A DNA stretch of 64,000 nucleotides, taken from NCBI GenBank assembly GCA_965645245.1, contig OZ287079.1, positions 372,001 to 436,000 of the forward strand, in the 5' to 3' direction. Below the pieces are notes generated by a model, which saw only the letters and a program-made list of their open reading frames with translations, was not told the DNA's origin and did not search any database. Shown here piece after piece: positions 24,283-36,954 of the stretch. How positions within the stretch are numbered: the first letter of the stretch is position 1; every line of letters starts with the position of its first letter. This DNA comes from Massalongia carnosa (taxonomy: Eukaryota). The translations under genes and the position numbers were made by a program.

Positions 24283-26947
24283 TAGGGTACGGATAGAAGC
24301 ACACCCCTTTGGTTACCCACACACACCCCTCGGTTATCCACACACCCCCGGTGGTTACCCACACACCCTACCCTAAAGTAGCTTAAGTTTGAAAAGTTTC
24401 TTCGGCCACTTTCCCTTATCGGCTGACCACCTTTCCTAACTAGGTTAAGCCGTTAAACTTTTCCCCACAACCTCATATTTTACTTAATCACCTGGCACGT
24501 GCCTAGCTGAACACCCCTTGCCAGCTCTGACCCAACTTTTTCAAACGGAGTCGATTGAGACCATCTTCGTCAATCAGACCACGATTTGATTAGACTAGTC
24601 CTTTTGCAGCCTAGCTACTCCGCCTGTGGCCTGTATCCCGTGCCAGCTGATTCTGATTATCCCCCGTGCCAGCTGACTCTGATTATCCCCCCGTGCCAGC
24701 TAATTCTGATTGTCCCCCCGTGCCAGCTAATTCTGATTGTCCCCCTATGCTAGCTGATTTCGGTTGTTTCTTTCTTCCACCTTGTCCCGCCCCTTTTCCT
24801 ACACCTCGGGGTCGACCTCGTGGCCTTCCTCGTTTCCCGGGTGCTGGATCGGCTCTTTGTATAACACGTTCCACCTCTGGATCGACTATCTCGTTTATCC
24901 CAGCTGTCTCCATCTCGACACGTTCGAATTGAGAAGGTACTCGATTGGTAGAGGCCTCAAATGCTATGGTCCTTCTGTTGAGATTCTCAGCTCCTTGAGG
25001 ACGTCCTCGAGTTCTTGCCATCTCCGGTTCTTGCACCAATAGTAAGTCATTCCTCGTATTGGCAGGCATGGTTCTCTGAAACCTACAATAGTTAGTAATC
25101 GCAGGGAAACTCTGAATATATCCAATAACCTACCTCCAATATGGATGAACGTCTTCAATCAACAGACTTCCTTCCTCATACAACCTTTCCTGGATTTTAT
25201 GACTACATGGAAGTCCAGTTGTGATGGTGTAAGCATGGGTGCAAGGCCCCAAGACTATGGGTCGTCCGACCACAAGATTGTACTGAAGAAGCATCTTTCG
25301 TAGGGCATGAGGGGTGACGAATCCGGTTAATCGCTGAAACACTGGTTTTCGAAGATCCATGGGAAGTCGGTCTCTGGCTTCGTTGAATGTAATAAGATAG
25401 TTGTGAAGTTCATTGATCAATAGTAAGTTGATGCCATCCACCACCGTCTTCAGATCTCCAGTCGATGATCCCAGCTGACGTTTCAAAACTGCATGACTGC
25501 CCTCACCTCGAGATGTCGTCGTGGTATCAAAATGCAACATCTTGTCAGTGTAGCATTTGACGAAATGATGCCGAAAAGACAAATAAGTTGAGGTGATATA
25601 CTCCACGCAATTTCCAGGAATCGTACCACAAAACCGCCCCCATAGTTGCCAGAATTCCGGTTCGGTAGTGGCGTATACGATGGATTTCTATTCAGCAAAG
25701 AAGGCATCCCATGCTTCTTTGGTATCAAAGCTTTTCTTACAATTGGCTACGATGTTGTTGTTGATGTGCCAAATGCAAAGAAGATGATTAGTGTTCGGAA
25801 AAGTCTGATCAATAGCAGACATCAAACCACGTTCCATATCAGTGACGATGACGACTGGATCAGGAAGTTCGAGTTGCAAATACAATACCTTCAGATGAGA
25901 CAATACCCACGTGTAATCGGCGGTGGTTTCTGATGCCATGAAACAGAAAGCCACATAGAAATTTGTATGCAGACTGGTCTGACCACTTACAATAAGAAGA
26001 GGCATGCGATATCGATTTGTCTTGTAGGTGCAGTCCATTACCAACACCTCATAGTTTGTCTTCAGAAGAGTTTGGGAGCTTTCTCTGACGAAGAAGAGAT
26101 GAGTGATGCGATTCAGCTCATCTTTCTGCATGTGGTATGTCCAATGCCCTCGATCCAACTCTTGAATCAATGCCTGCACGGGGGTAAGCGGTCCCAGAAT
26201 GTCGCGACGTATCTGAGCTTTGTGATTATAGATATCTCGAGGTTTGAAGAGAGGATTAATAATCTGAGGATCGGCCGGATCGTCCGTGTTGACTGATCCC
26301 AAAGTGGGATCAGGAATGCGAAGACTAGATAAAACTTTGGAAGGGGCTACTTGCACTGTTAATTAACGAGATATCTCACCTTTCACTTCTGCTGTCATCG
26401 CCATTCTTCTATGAACCGGATGGGCGCCAGCGAGACTGGACGAATGATTATGTTCCTCATTTACCACCTCCAGAATCCAGGCACCTCCATCTTCTTCCAT
26501 CCGCTTGGCAGTCAGAAGAAACGGACATTCTATGCATCTACTGCTGGTATGACGTCTTTCCTGTCCCTGAGGACCTTGGGGCTTTCCTCCTCGATCACAA
26601 ATCAACCAGGCCTTTCTTCTTATTCCGAGTTTCGATTTCTTGGTCCTTAACACGATGGCATATCCTTGTGGGGCGGCATGCTCATTAACACGAATAACAA
26701 GGTCATCCAGTGATTCGAAGGATTGTCCATCTTCTGGAGGACGAAGACTCATGATGACGACGTGGCGTCAGTAATGCGGGGTATCAATGCAGAGAAAACG
26801 CAGAATGAAGATGCAGGATCAAAATTTCCTAGTTAGGAAAGATGGTCAGCCGATAAGGGAAAGTGGCCGAAGAAACTTTTCAAACTTAAGCTACTTTAGG
26901 GTAGGGTGTGTGGGTAACCAAAGGGGTGTGCTTCTATCCGTACCCTA
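24283..26947 (-). mobile_element. MULE (Mutator-like) transposon A, transposase inactivated by stops
   Basis: Long TIRs TAGGGTACGGATAGAAGCACACCCC (about 24283-24445 and 26825-26947); FAR1-like domain 26363-26752; MDCTYKTN, IVTDME, CIWH, TSRGEG; C-terminal RGRP AT-hook motifs and 21-bp repeats at 24637-24760; AT-rich flanks with an imperfect TSD. Confidence 0.92.
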
Positions 26948-29900
26948 AATATATTAGATTCCTGTCAAATTATAGGATAACTAATCCTAAACATCAGTGG
27001 TAACTCATGATGATATATCCGAAGGGTTATTCCGGCCCGACTAGACACGGGGCCTCCCCCCATTAGATAGATTCCCACTTTTCCAAAAACATACAATCAA
27101 CATCTACCCAATTCCCTGATTATGCCTTTTGACCCTTATATATTTAACAATTCCTCGTTGATTTATGATTACGTGCAACGAATAACTGCACTGCGCCGAA
27201 GGCAGGTTAAGTCCATTCAACTAGCTCCGTTGCTTTCCCTAATAGAATTCAGGGCTGATCATCAGTTACAGCACACCAAAGCTTAAGTGCCGGCATCGAA
27301 GACATCGAGGCAAGCTTGACGACTATGAGAGGTGAGCATATCATACTACTATATTCAAAACCTGAGCAATGCAGAAGAGCTCAAGAGACTTATTTACTTC
27401 ATTAAGGATGTCAAGGTGCTCGACAAAGAACGCAGAACCTAGGAAGTATCATGTCCGAATTGAAAGAACCCATCAATCGATCTGCTCCCAGATCTCGGAA
27501 ATTCATGATTCTCTAGAACGTAAGCTGATTACTCCCAAGTTGAGTTATCGATATGTCATGACGTTTTACTCTGAGTCTTTTATCATGGAGAACTCTAGTC
27601 TAATCATAGACTTGTTTCTGCATTCTGTTTCTGCATTCTGATTCCTTCATCAACTTTATAAAACTCATTCTTTTCTTTTCATGGATTTAGGTTGCAAAGC
27701 CGAAAGTTTCTAATCTAAACTTTAGGATGGAAGCGTCATGAGCTTTTCAAATGGATTTCCCAAATACCGCATAAAACTCATCACACTACTATGGGAAAAT
27801 AATGCTTTGTAACTCGGGATTATGGCTACTGCAAAAGACTGAGTTCGTTGAGTGGAGAAAATCGAGTTCTTCGTCTATATTATGGCTACATGGGATTCGT
27901 AAGTAGATCCAATGCCGATGAAAACGCCCTATTTATGTGATTTGCAAAGCTGGATCTGGTAAAAACAAATTAGTGTAGGCCCTCCATCTTCTAAGAATGT
28001 TTTATTCAACTTTGATGCTGACGCGCAAAGTTTCACGGTCATCGATTTCCTCGAGAAGGAGAGAGCCACGAGCAGAAGCAACACACCTATTGCTTACTTT
28101 TACTGTACCCGAAATGCAACGGAGCCGCAACGCGCAAACCCCGATGAAATACTGCGAAGTATATTAAAGCAGCTATCATGCTCTAAGCTCGACTGCTCCA
28201 TAAAAAAGCCAGTGATGAAGGCTTACGCTGAAAGGAAAGAAGACGCTGACGAGAATAACTGCGATCCGGAAAAGTTGACAGCAACAGAATGTGTAGAACT
28301 AATTCTTGCTATTCTAGATTATGATCCAGCGGTTATTGTTATTGACGCTCTTGATGAATGTGACCCAGCTCGGCGACATGAGTTACTTCAAGCTCTGGAT
28401 AGAATCATTCAGATCTCAGCTAGTCTTATGAAGGTATTTGTATCAAGTCGCGACGACAACGACATTTTGTGCAGCTTATCTGAATCTCCAAACGTGTACA
28501 TCCATGCAAGCGACAATGACGAAGATATTCAGCGATTTGTGCGCGCCGAAGTTAATCAAGCAGTAAAAGATCGAAGATTACTTTGTGGTGACTTATCAGA
28601 TTCTTTGAAAGATCATATTATATGTACTCTAACTCGAGGTGCTCAGGGAATGTAAGTTTTGTCATAGGTTAGGCACTCCCATTTTGACATTGATCAGGTT
28701 TCGATGGGTTAGCCTTCAGCTTGAAAATCTCTGCGACATCGAACGCATCAAGCATGAAGGCGACGTCTGGCACGAGCTCGGCCGGCTGCCAACAACTCTC
28801 AAGGAATCATATGATGTCATCTTCTCACGAGTCAAAACATTAGGGTCTCAGAGCTGGCTGATAGCTAATAGCGCCTTAAAATGGCTGTTAAGTGCACAAC
28901 GTCCCCTTAATACTGCGGAATTCATAACCGCTGTGGCGGTAGATTTCAACGGGCAAGCTATCCCTCTTTCAAAAACGCAATTACTAAATATATGCTGTAA
29001 CATGGTTGTCGTAGATGCAGAGCTTGATCTTTTCCGATTTGCACATCTGTCTGTACAAGAATATATCGAAGGCCACGATGAATATATCGATATCAACATA
29101 CACTCGCATCCGTTGGAGAGATTTCTCGCCTTGTTTGTTCACGATGTAGCCTTAAGGACTGGGAACAAGAACTGTTTTACAGCCTATGCAACCCTACATT
29201 GGCCAAGTCATTACCAGCGCATCGAACATAATCAACTCTCCAGGACTATGGAAGCCAAGTTGACACAATTTCTATTCAACGATGTCGGCGATGCCTTCGC
29301 AAAGTGGGTCTCGTCTGCAAAGCAACTAAATGAGTCAATGCAGTGGACCAACCCTAAAAAGGTCATGTTACACGAAGCCTTATGCTCGCCGCCGACAGCC
29401 CAATTTATCGCAAGTTATCTTGGGCTATTCTCAATTCTCGAACTCCTGATCGCCTCGAAGAACATTGATTGGAATCAACGGAATGAAAACGGTCATACGT
29501 CCTTGCATCTTGCAGTATTACAGGACAGTGAAAAGACGGTGCGGTTGTTGCTGAAAGAAGAAATTAATTTGGAAGTAGCAAATAACGACACTATGACAGC
29601 CCTTTCCTTGGCAGCTGCAAACGGAAGAGGACGAATTGTGCGGCTTTTAGTGGAAGCGGGAGCCTCCCTTGGAGCGCGAGATTGGAACAACAGAACAGCC
29701 CTTCACTGTGTAGCGGTGACAGGAGATTCTGACGGACATCAAGCTGTCGTGAAAACTTTGTTAGCTCACGAGGCGGATCAGTCAATCGAAGATCGACACG
29801 GAATGACAGCGTTATGGCTTGCAGCTAAGTATGGGCATAAGACGGTGTTTAAGTTCCTTTTAAATGCCGGGCCATATAGTAACGCAACAGACAAGACAGG

Positions 29901-31329
29901 TCTTACCGCACTGCATATTGCGGTAACGCTTGGTCATTATCACACGGTGAAGATATTGTTATACGCAGGAGCAACTATTCGCTCAACGAATAACGAACTT
30001 GAACATGCACCCTTGCGTAACGGAAATGGTGAACTTGACAAACTGAGGACAGAGCTACATCCTAACGAGTTCGAGGTGACACCGTTGCACCTAGCAATAT
30101 TTCATGGACATTACGCCATAGCCAATTTACTTCTGGAAAAATTGGGAGCTGCGGATGTCGAAGAATTCACAGAAGGTGAAACGCTACACCCGGCAGATTG
30201 GATGAGGGTTGAGGAAGTGGCGACAGAGCTACTGAGAGAGAAAGTGACGATAGAGCTACCGACATTGTATTTGGATGACATTTATAATCCTAAGCCGACA
30301 GCCTTGGAAGTGGCTGCCCTCGTTGGACAACTCGCCATTATGAGGATTCTGTTAGATAACGATGCAAAGGCCGATGCACGGAACCCACTGAAAGAGAAAG
30401 CGTTAATGCAGGCCGCTGGAGCAAAGCAAGATAGTGCGACGAAATTGCTATTAGAGTACGGTGCAAACGTGAATTTCAAGCGGGACACGGATAGTCAGAC
30501 AGCTTTACACTTAGCCGCCGAGAGCGGAAATTTAGTCCTAACGAAAATCCTGTTGAACAACGGCGCAGAAGTCAATTTGAGGAATAGAGACGATCAGACA
30601 CCGTTGTATCTTGCAGTCATCAACGAACACATAGAAACGATAAAACTGCTAATTGAGAGCGGTGCAAATATCGATATCAGAGACTCAAAGAGTGAAACGG
30701 CATTAGATCATGCCGTCTATTGTCAAAACGAAGAAGTAATGGAGACATTGTTGAGAAACGGCGCAGACATCGAATTAAAAGATTCGCTAGGTTATTCAGC
30801 ACTTCACGTAGAAGCTGTAATCGGGAATAGAAGATCCGTGAAATTTCTGCTAAAATACGACGCAAGCGTTGACGCAAGAACTGCATCCGGAGAGACAGCA
30901 TTGCATTTAACGGTTCAAGGCGCAATTTTAAACGAAGACGACAACGACTATTATACAGACGAAGACAGCGATTATTATACAGACGAATTTTCAAGCATAC
31001 TAAAATTACTGCTTAAATACGGGGCGGATATCAATGCGATGAATGCGAAGGGAGAAACCGCACTGGAAATCGCTGTCTTCGCAGGTGTGGTGGAGCTGGA
31101 GGTGCTGTTGTTAGAAGCTGGTGCCGATGCTGAGGATATCTACAGATTGACGAGACTCTTTTCTTGATCTGAAAATTCAATGTATCATTCATTCATTCAT
31201 TCATTCAATCATTCTAAAGTTATGATGATGTTCAACTCTTGTGTATGTGTGAGAAAGAGAGAGAGACTTTTTCTCCCGTGAGAAGAGAGAAGACGAAGGT
31301 AGAAAGATAGGCGCATATAAAAAAAGACT

Positions 31330-32898
31330 ACGGATACGTGGACACCCCTTTGGTTACCTGGACACCCCTCAGTGATACACGGACACCCCCTTCCTAGCTG
31401 TCGCTGTTCCCCCCCTGTCACCGTCCCCGCCTCCGAGTCATTTGCAGTCAGCCTATCTGTCAATCCCCTCGTTATAACCCCTCCTCTAGCCCTACCTCCC
31501 CGTCCCCGTCCCCGTCCCCGTCCCCGTCTGCCTCGTCCACGACCAGGTGCCGGGTCCGCTCGATGAACGGCTGATTGATCTGCATCCGGGTCCACCCGCT
31601 CGAAAAGGGAGGAATCACGATTAGTAGATGCCTCGAATGCTTACTGTCTTCTATTCAAATTCTCCGCACCTGAAGGTCCGCCCCTTGATCTAGCAACCTC
31701 AGGTGCCTGAACCCGAAGACAAGGATTATCAATAGCCACACGGGCTGTCCTATCAAACCTCCAATGAGGATGAATATCTTCCAATAGCAACTTTCCCCCC
31801 CCATCCCCATACAATCGTTCCTGAATCTTATGACTGCACGAAAGACCCATGGTTAAGCTGAACGTTCCAGTACAGGCCGGAATAGCTGTTGATTGACCTA
31901 CCAAACGTTCGTATTGAGGCATTATCTTTCTCAAAGCGTAGGGAGTGACGTATGGACTGATTTTCTGAAAGATAGGTTTGCGAATATCCGTAGGTAGTCG
32001 CATCTTCGCTTCATCAAGACGAATCAGATAATTGTGAAGTTCATTGATCAATAGAAGATTGATTCCGTCCATCACCGTCTTAAGATCTCCAGATGATAAC
32101 CCTAACTGTCGCTTAAGTACTGCATGCCCTCCTTCACCTCGAGAGGTAGTGATGGTTTCGAAATAAGTAATCATACTGATATAGCACTTGACAAAGCAAT
32201 GTCGGAAGGGTATGTAGATGTCGTTCAGATATTTTACACATTAATCCTGACCCTAATACTGAATCCTGAATCGCTTTCATGACTTCAAAAACTCTGGTTC
32301 TGACGAGGCATAAACCACCGTTTTCCAGTCAGCGAAGAAGGAATCTCACGCCTCTTTGATATCGAAACCCTTCGCAATTGGTCAGGAAGTTATTATTGAT
32401 GTGTCATAAGCAAAGCAGATAATTGATTGCGGGGAAAACATCCTTAATTTCAGCTATCAGACTCTTTTCCATGTTCGTGACTATGACGATCGGGTTAGGA
32501 AGCATTATTTCATCATACACACCTCGCAATTACTGCAACATTCAAGTATAATCAGACGTGGCTTCCTTGGCCATGAAGCAAAATGCCACATAGAAGTTGA
32601 TGTGTAGAACGGTTTAATCACTGATGATCAATAAGGGCATCTTATATCTGTTGATTTTGTATGTGGCGTTCATCATTAACACCTCGTAATTCGTCTTTAA
32701 TAGTCGTTGAGAACAGCCCTTAATAAAGAATAAATAAGTTATTTAATCTAGATCATCCTTTTGCATCTGATATGTTCAGTCTTCTTTATCCAGCTCTCGA
32801 ATTAATGCCTGGATCGAAGTCAATAAATCGAGTGTCTCGCGACGAAGCTGTGCTTTGACGTTGTAGATATCCCGAGATTTGAATAAGGGATTTATGAT
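31330..32898 (-). mobile_element. Degenerate, 5'-truncated MULE B related to MULE A
   Basis: TIR-like ACGGATACGTGGACACCCCTTTGGTTACC at about 31330; TSRGEGGHAVLKRQLG matches MULE A; many stops in 32180-32890. Confidence 0.85.
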
Positions 32899-32902
32899 GT
32901 AG

Positions 32903-33172
32903 TGTCAAACCGAGATGTCAGCCGATGCTCGGCATCGATCCTCGGCCCCCCTGTCTCGGCATACTCCGCTCGGACTCGTCCATTCTTCCCCATCGTTTAC
33001 CCCCTTTGTTTTATGGTGCTATGACCCCCATTTCCCATTCTATATAGGTAGCTAGATGTGGGAATTCCCACCTACAGAATAAACTCTTTTCATTCTTTCT
33101 GTGATTGGTCAGTAGAAAGGTTGAAATGCAGGGATTTTCTGAATCGTCAAAATTGATTCTCGTCGTCGGATC
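32903..33172. repeat. Possible truncated LTR fragment
   Basis: Begins TGTCA where MULE B breaks off; contains TATATA and AATAAA; no second copy in the window. Confidence 0.35.
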
Positions 33173-33503
33173 TGTTACGGTTCAACTAGGATGGAATTGG
33201 CTATCAACTAGGAAGCTATGAAACTGAAAATATCAAAGATGCAGAAAAGAAACAAGCAAAGGAAGTCCCCTCTAGGAGTCTATATAGATAATTGCTTGCC
33301 TCAACACAGCTGTTTGTCTACTTCCTTCGGAAATGTTCAGTTTGACCAAACAGTGTCTTCTACCTTTGATTCTTTCGTCCATCTGTTTGCTTCGGAAGTG
33401 TTCTTCCGAAGTGTCCCTTTCATGCCTTTGTTGCCTCTACGGTTTGTCCCTATTCGCTTTGTGATGATGATCGGGAATAAGGTTTAGCGCCGCGGAGCTT
33501 TCG
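33173..33503 (+). repeat. Truncated copy of LTR family X
   Basis: Near-identical to the reverse complement of about 48864-49190; starts TGTTACGG; cut by the MULE C TIR. Confidence 0.88.
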
Positions 33504-36500
33504 CGAGGTGCTTAGGGACAGTCCCCCCCCGACCGTCCCCCCCCCCTTGTGTAAATCTTTACTAGTAAACAGCCATTTTACTACTCATGCAGGGTGCGTA
33601 CAAGCTAGCAGTTACACTACGTATTAATAATGTTGCTGTTACTGACTAAGCGAATTCAACACCTGCAAATCTACCTATTGCGATGACTTCAACTCCAAAA
33701 ACTCGTCAGCCAATTGCGATACATCATCTTTTCTAGGCTTCATGGTTTTAGCCACCTTTCTCGCTTGAGCCCTAGCCTGTTTGACTGATTTCTCGACTCT
33801 TTGCTGAGATTCCAACTCCAACTGAGCCTTTGATTTCTTCGCCACACCCCGAGACCTTCGCGTTGTTGCAGAGGAAGTAGGGAGAATTTGACTGGCGCGC
33901 ACGTTTTGGCTAAGACTATAAAGAGATAGAGCCGGCGCTGCCTGAGGTAGGGCTTTTTGACTATGCTTGGCAAGCACATCGTCAATATCTTCGAGCGAAT
34001 CCGACGAGGCTCCTGATGTAAGAATAATATCATTTTCGTCATCCGAAGGAAGCATAGGATCCATAGAACGACCGAGAATGGGCTGAGTGCTTATATACTG
34101 CACCTCGTCATCGTCGTCGGAGACGATAGACGCGTTTTCGATTCTCTCCATAACTAAGTTTTCTCCTAAACCTATTGTACCCAATATTAGCCGACCCGAG
34201 CGCAATAACTTTGCAACATCGTGAATTTCACCTTCTGTTTCACCTTCAACCTCATCGTCGCCCCCAGCACGCAATCTATTATATCTAAGCCTCCTCCCTT
34301 GTTCAATAGAGTCCCTTCGCCTAGTACGTCGCTGTTCAGTTTCTCTAGCCTCAGCTGCCTCGCGACCAGTGTAGGCACGTCGACGACTCCCTCCTTTCTT
34401 ATACATGAGGTTTTCTTTGGGCCGAATTTCGTCGGGGAATGTGGTGGGGATGAGAGGTCTTACCAGCTCCTTCTTTTGCCATTTCTTATTGAACTTTTCA
34501 ACGATGTGAGCATGCTCGCGAGCGTACTCCTCCCTTCGATGAGAGTCTTCTATTGATTGATACAGGTCAATAGATTGATATGCCACAGAATGTAGCAAAT
34601 CAAGGCCCCCGCGGCGAAATCTATCCTCACTCAACACGCCTTCTTCGAGCTCGACCTCATCCTTATCCGCCTCAATCTCTCCTGTCCCTTCGACCTCATC
34701 GACGATCTTTTCGACCTCGGGCTCCGAGCCGCGAGCGAGATCGAAGGTCATTTGCCAAGAGACCGCATAAGGTGGGCCATCAAAAAACCAGCGGGGTTGG
34801 ATGAGGGAAACGGGAATAGGGACCGAGTCGATGATGCATTTATACAACCAGCATTTGCATGGGAGACCGTACCTTAAAGGCAACTCACAATCATAAACAC
34901 AGCTTCCACCATCAGGGATAATAGAAAGGATTCGTTCAGCTAATGATTTGGCGGCATCGAGTTCTCTTGAAACGAGGCCAATGGCATGATGCGTAATTTT
35001 CTCAATGAGTAACGTAAAAGCATTTCTATCGATCAATCTAGGATTGGGTATTCGCTGTTGATTGCACAAAATCTCCTGATCTAATTGTTTTTCCCGCACC
35101 TCATCACATATTTTCTGCACCGATTGTCTTATAGGAGTATTTCTATTGGTTACATTTTTAACCAATGAATGTAGACCTTCTGAACGCTGTGTGCTGTGTG
35201 CGCCTAAATTAGGGAGTTTAGTAGTATATGCATGCACGAATTGAATTTCTTGACGTTGATAGAAATTCATGAGATAATCCTGCGAAAGAGGTAGCGTTAG
35301 CAGTAGCCCTAACTCGCTTGAAATTTAATTTGATATATCACTACTAACCTTTTCTGCGGGATGAAGTTCATTCAGCAACTTTCTTCGTTTCTCATCCAAC
35401 TCATCAATAGTGAGGGATTTTATATAATCCCAAATCAGAGTATTCAGCTTTTTGCGCACTTCTTGGGGATATTTTCCTGCCTTGATCAGTCGTTTTTTTA
35501 TTGCCTCGGCCGCATGCCACGTGCACAGCTGCAAAACGCATCTCTCCTCGCCCGCTTTCATCGTTGATTGGTTTAGATTTTCGGCGACCTCTCTTGCAAT
35601 GGTCAATGCAGCATCGAGATCAATTGCTGGAGCTTTAGCTTTTCTTTGCATAGCTACAGTCAACCCAGCTGCAAAATCCCCGAGAATCACCCCAGGCCCG
35701 GGGCAATCATCAGGAAAAATCAACTCTTTCATACATTCGAAAATAAAAGTGAAACATTCGGCCGATTCGGAAGTTATATAGCAATAAGCGACGGGAAACA
35801 AAAGGTCGGTGTTAGTGATTCCAACCAAAACGGATAAAGGCAAGTTCAATTTATTAGTATTGAACGTTGCATCCGTTTCTAATAAAAACCCACCCACGAA
35901 ACGTCGAGCCAGCCTAATTTGCTCTGCATTGCAAAAAAAAAATTGTTCTATCACCCGTCTCTCACGCACATTATTCTTAACAATATATTTTTCCTTACAC
36001 CGTACATGAAAGCCCCTGTCTTTCAACGAGCCCGAGGCAAAAAGAAGCTCTACTTCAGGCGTGTGAGCTCCCTCCGAATGAGCGAGATTATAATAATCGC
36101 TCCTCGACAGACGGAGTCCTTGGATTCCTAATATTCTCGCTGCTTGGCCATATTGGGTTGACGATGCACGGAGACTCTTCCCTTGATCTAGGGCATCTGT
36201 TCGATCAGGGTCCCTACTATGATGTTCTCTGAATGCAAAGGGATCAGTGGTCATCTCATGATTGTGCTCGGAGTTAGTGACTATTAGTCTCCATGCATTG
36301 TCTTTGTTTTTTTTGAGACGGAGGCGATAAGAGCACTCATTGAACGAAACTTTGGTATTGGCTCGCACCCGGTCTTCCTCCTCTACTTTTCTAGTGTTTC
36401 TGACTCTTTTGTGGTGGCGTGTGCAGTCTAATACGATTAAATGGTTTTTCTTATCGTGAGTTTCTGTGACCAACGCGAAGCCTTGGGTGAAGGCATAGCC

Positions 36501-36954
36501 TTGAAGACGAGTCTTTGCCTCCTCCCAAGACGAAAATAACTCATTCTCTTGCGGAGGGAGGAGGTGAGGTGGGGGTAGAAGGGCAATGGCATGTTGCTTC
36601 CGTGCATCCAAAGAAGTGGGATCGAACTCCATCGCGATGAGGAGTAGTAAAATATATAATATGAGATGTAGCATAAGTGGAAGGGGAGATTTAGGGAGGG
36701 CAAAGGGTTAAGACAAGGGCAAGGGCAAATGGTAAGTGAGGGTGAGGGTATGCTTTATCAGACCGAGTAGGGTAATTATTAGTAGCAATAACACGTCATA
36801 CGATTTAAACCGAAAAGAGTTTAATGTGCTGTTGGCAGTTACATTACTAGCTTGTACGCACCCTGGATAAGCAGTGAAATGGCTGTTTACTAGCAAAGAT
36901 TTACACAGGGGGGGGGGGGGGACGGTCGGGGGGGGACTGTCCCTAAGCACCTCG
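33504..36954 (-). mobile_element. MULE C with ~110-bp TIRs
   Basis: TIR CGAGGTGCTTAGGGACAGTCCCCCCCCGACCG at both ends; no matching TSD. Confidence 0.92.
33675..36632 (-). CDS. MULE C transposase, two exons (intron 35280-35348), apparently intact, about 960 aa
   Basis: ETDATFNTN, LGDFAAG, CTWH, STQRSEGLH, YGLPCKC; a GTTAGT..CTAAC..CAG intron joins HPAEK to DYLMNFY in frame. Confidence 0.82.

Larger units (their letters stand above)
18545..31167 (+). pseudogene. NLR-like NACHT-ankyrin gene, disrupted by stops/frameshifts and split by a YR retrotransposon plus a MULE; start position uncertain
   Basis: N-terminal STAND-associated domain (KFKEVGDVATQYDPVHAALPWA, 18895-19630); P-loop LWLHGI-P-GSGK across an intron at about 27880-27970; Walker B VIDALDEC; GMFRWV; ankyrin repeats (TALH..A..G) at about 29480-31130. 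Confidence 0.88.

Noticed and set aside
31180..31320. LINE tail after the NLR stop ((TCAT)n, GA runs)
   Set aside because: No TSD or ORF remnant to support it; treated as simple repeats
33218..33487. Repeated small ORF MKLKISKMQKR (also 48903-49145)
   Set aside because: Lies within LTR family X and the two copies diverge in frame; probably incidental
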